Source of the DNA: Gemmatimonadota bacterium
GTDB taxonomy: Bacteria > Latescibacterota > UBA2968 > UBA8231
Length of the DNA stretch: 64,000 nucleotides
Direction: 5' to 3'
Assembly: GCA_038128265.1 (NCBI GenBank)
Contig: JAYPJE010000016.1
Location: 1 to 64,000 of the forward strand
Part shown: positions 60,301 to 64,000 of the stretch, in pieces
Position numbering within the stretch: position 1 is the first letter of the stretch
How the letters are laid out: the number at the start of each line of letters is the position of its first letter
Program-made: the position numbers and the translations under genes
The notes under the pieces: model-generated
What the model was told of the DNA's origin: nothing
The model's input: the letters and a program-made list of their open reading frames with translations, nothing else
Databases searched by the model: none

Positions 60301-60515
60301 CGGAACGATTTGGGAGCGATGCGTCCCAGCGAATCGACGTATGCTAAGTTGGCCGGGATGGTCCAATTGGACCAGTTGGCACGCCCCTCGACCACAACCT
60401 GCTCTGCATCGATTCGATAGCCCAGCTGCGCATTACTCGGCGCGACATGCAGCGCCAGCCACAGCGCCGCCAACGCCAGCCGTACTACACGCCCGTGCAT
60501 TTTCTCTTTCTTCAT
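57381..60515 (-). CDS. Large secreted protein with discoidin-like domains and C-terminal FlgD-Ig / T9SS type-B-like domain
   Basis: Signal peptide; IFDGDPNTYWEP...WWIEVDLAR (F5/8-like); PNPFTPNGDAIND...YSLDGRRVR...WDGRA...PGLY...VAY. Confidence 0.75.
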   Translation of the reverse strand: MKKEKMHGRVVRLALAALWLALHVAPSNAQLGYRIDAEQVVVEGRANWSNWTIPANLAYVDSLGRIAPKSFRTVYNVLADTSFRRPLEIFSKDARIATIDSTVRINDKGEILLDTQGKAIFDYAVRPGVSRVGSNPQMAANIFDGDPNTYWEPDPNDPISQWWIEVDLARVVPLEQLRLQFVDEEQGDPFHKFILLLSERQTPSRFEEGNLRFSRFVPFEAPNTDQRTYIFQSGSVSDGLPVDVPVESKRFSAASVATGRHQSNFVSNVSNFEWTGRKIETIRIVITDSRFGRAELISEEAWQALPVNERGDIEYFVQDLTGREEPVDEATYLALEPERQGRRLYYRRELPRLAEVGAWAMGDNLSMGLARLGGSISHTFSNAAPIAAFDGDGATRYQHASRDPEKPDDNILIVDLGGSIWLKEIRYFTDGIRGYLMRGSSGARDARGELLWQALSPPEREKNIDNGSFTTLNDVVDPPVKLRYLELTTFINTNLDNIGAGIDEFWPWIAEVQIFSEGPAAEVVAESDLIELPGNFNLGAIDWEASTPPGTQVEIRTRTGNQLFQIVRYFKNSGEEQTEEQYSKLPGFLKGVTDTTLSLGPDWSPWSQKYINRGDRVTSPSLRRYMQIQARLISNSRIVAPALERISVQLHNPVAQELRAELWPAQTQAGILDTFEVFLRPGFLTQPIALVQPGFDEMLLRSEPQWDMNLIDVAVGTEEDFQNESPAVIYDLPDGDGLASAAGSIVQVAGDQSDSVWVRFPQPLESAAGAASVFNRRLEVGDSVPTTVDGLLLTATSHSILPIDQQGDIRYFRQRESGLTEVDRDEYEDLPVEERGPVRYFRIVAALGEESPYDDDGELLTETDYNRLPTSRRGAVVSLGDLIRLRIASRIFLQGSNIKVAVRNGASGGVWQEASAEDVTEVVPGVGLEILAQGAGNVVEKMQVAPNPFTPNGDAINDQTIISFSLFKVHAARPVSVHIYSLDGRRVRTIERVVSGGSQQFHWDGRADDGVLVVPGLYIAQVDVETDAEDVSGQQLVQLVGVAY

Positions 60516-60518
60516 CGA

Positions 60519-62204
60519 TTACGACTCCTCGTCAGCAACCAGACGATCGGGAAACTGCACCACCCGATCTGCATATTTCTCTCGCAAGCGGCTGATAAAA
60601 CGCCCCACCAACTCGCTCTCATTCTGCTGGCGCAGCAGCGCCTCTACGCGCGGACGCGCTCCGTCAAACGGTTCGATCTGTTCCTCGCGGCGACCAAGCA
60701 CCTGAAAGACGGCAAAGTGACCGTCTTTGGTCTCAATGGGGCCAACCCACTCGCCGTCCGCCGCGGCAAAGGCCGCGTCAAATAGCACGGGATAACGCGA
60801 GCGAAAAACCGGCGTTAACGCCATTTCGCCCGTGCGCGGCTTGCCGTGCGTTTCGGCATCGCGGCGAATCAACAGGCGTCCGATGGGGGTCCCATCTTTT
60901 AACTGCTGGAGAAAACCTTCGGCGTCTTCGAGCGTGCTGGCGGACAGTTCGCGAATCCGCACCTCGCGCGGAATGACGAAGCGGCTCTTATTGGCTTCGT
61001 AAAAGGCGTGCACTTCACCTTCGTCAAACGCCTGGCTGGCCACCGTTTCTCTGGCCATTAGCGCCGTCAAAATCAGCTTGTTTTTTTCCTGCTGATGCCA
61101 GCCGACAAATTCGTCCTCTCGATTCCATCCGCGCTCCTGCGCAACCCGCTCAAATAGCAGCGGACGAAGCAGCAGATCCTCAAATAGGCGCTGGGCAAAA
61201 ACCGAGTCGGGCGGCGGCCCCGATGCGCCTTGTGCCTTCAGGTAGTCTATGCCCTCGCCCACCGTCATCTGCCCTTCGCTCAGACTGAACAACACCTGCC
61301 CATCGGTAGCCACATCGAGCTTATCGGCTCGACGCTTGCGCAATGCGTCGATGAGTGCTCCCATCGCCTCTGCGCGCACCTCCACTCCATAGCGGTGCTT
61401 CAGCTGCTCGAATTCCTCGCGATTGCCCGCCTGCCACTTGCGATCGCGCACCAAGCGGTATACTTCCTGCTGATAGGTAGCTAACTCCGGCGTGCGCTCA
61501 TCCAAAAAGCGGTAGATCTGCCAGCCGCGCGAAAGCCGCACGGGCGGCGCCACTTCATCCAAGCCGACCGTAAAGAACACGCGGCGAGGTATGAGAAAAC
61601 GCCGCTCGGCTTCGGAGCCATTAAACCATCCGACGACGCCATCGCCTTCGGCGATTGCATCGTTGGGGGCAAATTCATCGACCAATTCGGCGAAAGACCG
61701 ACCGGCGGCCAACTCGGACAGCACGCGGTCGCGATCCGCCTCGCTGCGCACGAGTATGCGACTCAGCAAGCGTTCGCTGTTCAATCGGCTGTCGACAAAC
61801 TCGCGCTGCAAGTCCTCTTCCGTGACTTCAATGCTCGGCGCAATTTCGCGAACCTGGTAGAGTTCGGACAGGCGGCGACGCGTGATAAAGGCGAGTTCCT
61901 GCTGAATTTCGACGTCTTCGTACAACCCGCGCTCGGTTGCTTCCAGCAGGAGCAACTCGCGGTCGACCATCGCCTGCAAGTAGCCTGCCTGCGAAGCGGC
62001 GTCGCGCCGCACGTTTTCCTTTATGGGCGATAGGTTGCTAACAAATTGCTCATATTCAACGCGCGTGATCTCAACTTGGCCGACGCGCGCCAGCACGGCG
62101 TCGTTATCACCGCACCCGCTCGATATCGTTAGCACACACGCAAAGGCCACTGCGAACCAAGTAAAGCGATGTACCGTGTGGACCCATTTTTTGCGAGCAC
62201 TCAT
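60519..62204 (-). CDS. PrsA/SurA-like peptidyl-prolyl isomerase lipoprotein with two parvulin-like domains
   Basis: Start MSARKKW (62204); lipobox-like SSG|C; VLARVG, LSRILV...GRSFAELV...GVVGW; second domain GPIETKDGHFAVFQV. Confidence 0.75.
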   Translation of the reverse strand: MSARKKWVHTVHRFTWFAVAFACVLTISSGCGDNDAVLARVGQVEITRVEYEQFVSNLSPIKENVRRDAASQAGYLQAMVDRELLLLEATERGLYEDVEIQQELAFITRRRLSELYQVREIAPSIEVTEEDLQREFVDSRLNSERLLSRILVRSEADRDRVLSELAAGRSFAELVDEFAPNDAIAEGDGVVGWFNGSEAERRFLIPRRVFFTVGLDEVAPPVRLSRGWQIYRFLDERTPELATYQQEVYRLVRDRKWQAGNREEFEQLKHRYGVEVRAEAMGALIDALRKRRADKLDVATDGQVLFSLSEGQMTVGEGIDYLKAQGASGPPPDSVFAQRLFEDLLLRPLLFERVAQERGWNREDEFVGWHQQEKNKLILTALMARETVASQAFDEGEVHAFYEANKSRFVIPREVRIRELSASTLEDAEGFLQQLKDGTPIGRLLIRRDAETHGKPRTGEMALTPVFRSRYPVLFDAAFAAADGEWVGPIETKDGHFAVFQVLGRREEQIEPFDGARPRVEALLRQQNESELVGRFISRLREKYADRVVQFPDRLVADEES

Positions 62205-62304
62205 AACGCCGACTTGCGATCTCTCCAGTTTAAACCATGCACTAGCTAAACCAGGCCAACGAAAATCGGCCCATACAACAAGCAATACCGATTGGTCGAC
62301 CGGG

Positions 62305-62319
62305 TTGTAAAATTTACAA
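62305..62319. promoter_or_regulatory. 7-1-7 inverted repeat TTGTAAA-A-TTTACAA, candidate operator
   Basis: Lies in the AT-rich intergenic region upstream of the 62.2-44.9 kb cluster. Confidence 0.45.
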
Positions 62320-62512
62320 ACTTGTTATCGCCAATACATCTTATATTGGTCGAGTTTTTTGGACATACCATGCTACAATATAGACATAATATCACTTTTG
62401 GGACATTAAAGCAAGAAAAGCGACCTCTCACTACACCATCCCAACATTGTGATACCTCTGATTCACACTTGAGCGTCTATGCCCAACCCCGCACAGACCA
62501 GCCATTCCAAGA

Positions 62513-64000
62513 CTAATACATGTTGATCCGATTGCCCGTCATGCCAGTGAATCCATCGATGATCAACCACAACCCGCCGACGACAAACTGGCCAAGAATC
62601 AGTCCCATAAACAGCCAGCGCGTATGGCGGTACCCCACTGGTCCGGCATACTTTAGCACGACGCTCTTCATACACCAAGCCAAAAAGATGCTGAACCAGA
62701 TGCTGTCCATAATCCACGTGCCGCTCACGACATAGCCTATGGGGTGCAGCGGCCACCAGACAAAGTGATGACGCAGCAGCATCAGCAGTGCCATAATCGC
62801 GGCCCCCAACCCATTCCAGCCCCACCCGGCCCAATTCGGCTCAACAGGCGTGTTGATGAACTGGGCCGCCAGCTTGAACGGCTCCTGCGCAAACCAGGAA
62901 AAATACTGCTGGTGCATATTCAGCGCTCCATACTGGTAACCCAACCGCAGCGTGATATAGATCGAGCCGAGCAGAGCGATCAGCAGCGCAGCCGCAAGCA
63001 TAGCCAACACGCGCCGGCGGTTGCCTTTTACTTCGTGCAGCAAGCGGATGCCGTTGGCGACCGGTGCCATGGCAAAGACCAGCAGGTCACCGGCCCACGT
63101 CAGGGTATAGCCGATGGCAACCAAACCGCTCGGTCCCAGCAGCGAGGAACCAAAGCCCGAAACGACAAAGCCGCCGGCCGTCAGCCCTTCTACTGCCGAC
63201 GACAGACCCGCTTCGACGATCACGCGGGTTAGAGCAAAGAAGATGGCAAAGGCGGCAAACAAAAAAATGGGCACGGCCCAGGCAGGCATGCCCGCCCTCC
63301 ACAGCCACACGCCCATGATGGCGAGCCCCACGCCCAGGCCGATAACGGCCGCGCGGTAGCTGAGCAATTCGCCATCGTCCCTTTTTTGATCGGACGACCA
63401 CGCCTGATCCCACACGGCGCGCAGGTGCGTTCGCGCCGTCCATAGCCCCATCAGCAGCAGCACGACCATCGCCCCCAGCGTCTGGTGGCTCAGCATGCCG
63501 GTCGTAGCACCCATATGCCCGAAGCGACCCAACTGCTCCGCGCTGTAAATTCCCAGCACTCCACAGATGGCCTGCTGCGCTTTGGCCAGCACGAAAAACA
63601 CCCATAGGCTAAACGACACGCCGGTGTTTATCAGATAGGCCAATCCGAGCATCAAGTAGTTGAGTCGCACTCGTATAGCCGGCATATCGGGCACGACGTC
63701 AAACCTCAAGTTCAGCGTCGTGCTTGGAATAAAGGGGTAGTAATTGCTCAGCGAGTCGATCGTATTAAAGATGAGGGGAATGGCAAAGCCCACCCACAGC
63801 AGCGGTCTCTTGAGAAAGGGCTTTACGAGTTGATCATCCTTTCCATCGATCATGGCCAGCGGCACCTGCACGAGCGGATAGAGCAAGCGTTCGTTGTCCA
63901 TCCACTGGCGCCGCATAATCACCATAGCGCAGATAATTGTGCAGTACAAACCCGCCATAAACAGCAGCCACCATCCCAGCGGCTGTAGCCACACATCCCA
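62513..64000 (-). CDS. DUF6785/DUF6784-like polytopic membrane protein (partial, 5' end outside the window)
   Basis: RRQWMDNERLLYPL, SFSLWVF, RVIVEAG, WWPLHPIGY and GLILG motifs; many TM helices; frame open to the window edge. Confidence 0.65.
   Translation of the reverse strand, partial: WDVWLQPLGWWLLFMAGLYCTIICAMVIMRRQWMDNERLLYPLVQVPLAMIDGKDDQLVKPFLKRPLLWVGFAIPLIFNTIDSLSNYYPFIPSTTLNLRFDVVPDMPAIRVRLNYLMLGLAYLINTGVSFSLWVFFVLAKAQQAICGVLGIYSAEQLGRFGHMGATTGMLSHQTLGAMVVLLLMGLWTARTHLRAVWDQAWSSDQKRDDGELLSYRAAVIGLGVGLAIMGVWLWRAGMPAWAVPIFLFAAFAIFFALTRVIVEAGLSSAVEGLTAGGFVVSGFGSSLLGPSGLVAIGYTLTWAGDLLVFAMAPVANGIRLLHEVKGNRRRVLAMLAAALLIALLGSIYITLRLGYQYGALNMHQQYFSWFAQEPFKLAAQFINTPVEPNWAGWGWNGLGAAIMALLMLLRHHFVWWPLHPIGYVVSGTWIMDSIWFSIFLAWCMKSVVLKYAGPVGYRHTRWLFMGLILGQFVVGGLWLIIDGFTGMTGNRINMY

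Noticed and set aside
48576..60515. FlgD-like domains as flagellar hook-capping genes
   Set aside because: Only the C-terminal Ig-like domain matches, the proteins have Sec signal peptides, and no flagellar genes are in the window.
1..64000. tRNA, rRNA, IS, prophage or defence genes
   Set aside because: None were recognised by eye. A covariance-model scan would be needed to exclude small RNAs.

Overview
This is a gene-dense, GC-rich bacterial chromosomal window with about 44 CDSs, mostly on the minus strand. I found no rRNA, tRNA, CRISPR array or mobile element. Gene content suggests an uncultured FCB-related lineage such as Ca. Latescibacterota (inference only), based on FlgD-Ig/'TPNGD' C-terminal domains, 'AVE..SWG.IK' tails, DUF6599/DUF6785-like proteins and many AKR, PhyH and sulfatase enzymes. 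The left and middle parts hold a Tat-linked AKR/polyferredoxin/DUF362 redox cluster, rfbA, aroK, an orphan hybrid kinase and sugar-acid catabolic enzymes. They also hold a strikingly eukaryote-like alkyl-DHAP synthase coupled to an SDR (candidate ether-lipid pathway), two convergent Spy/CpxP-like genes sharing an identical ECF-type promoter, and an operon of four ABC exporter halves plus a rifampin-phosphotransferase-like enzyme. The best candidate for an undescribed system is 44.9-62.2 kb. It is a co-oriented cluster of a lipoprotein PPIase, three paralogous secreted proteins ending in a T9SS type-B-like/FlgD domain (...VAY), two paralogous ~890-aa putative outer-membrane proteins with Asp/Asn-rich loops, a degenerate GT-C/TPR protein and a CBM9-like protein with an SWG tail. 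A sugar ABC importer follows it. All family assignments come from reading motifs by eye, not from database searches.
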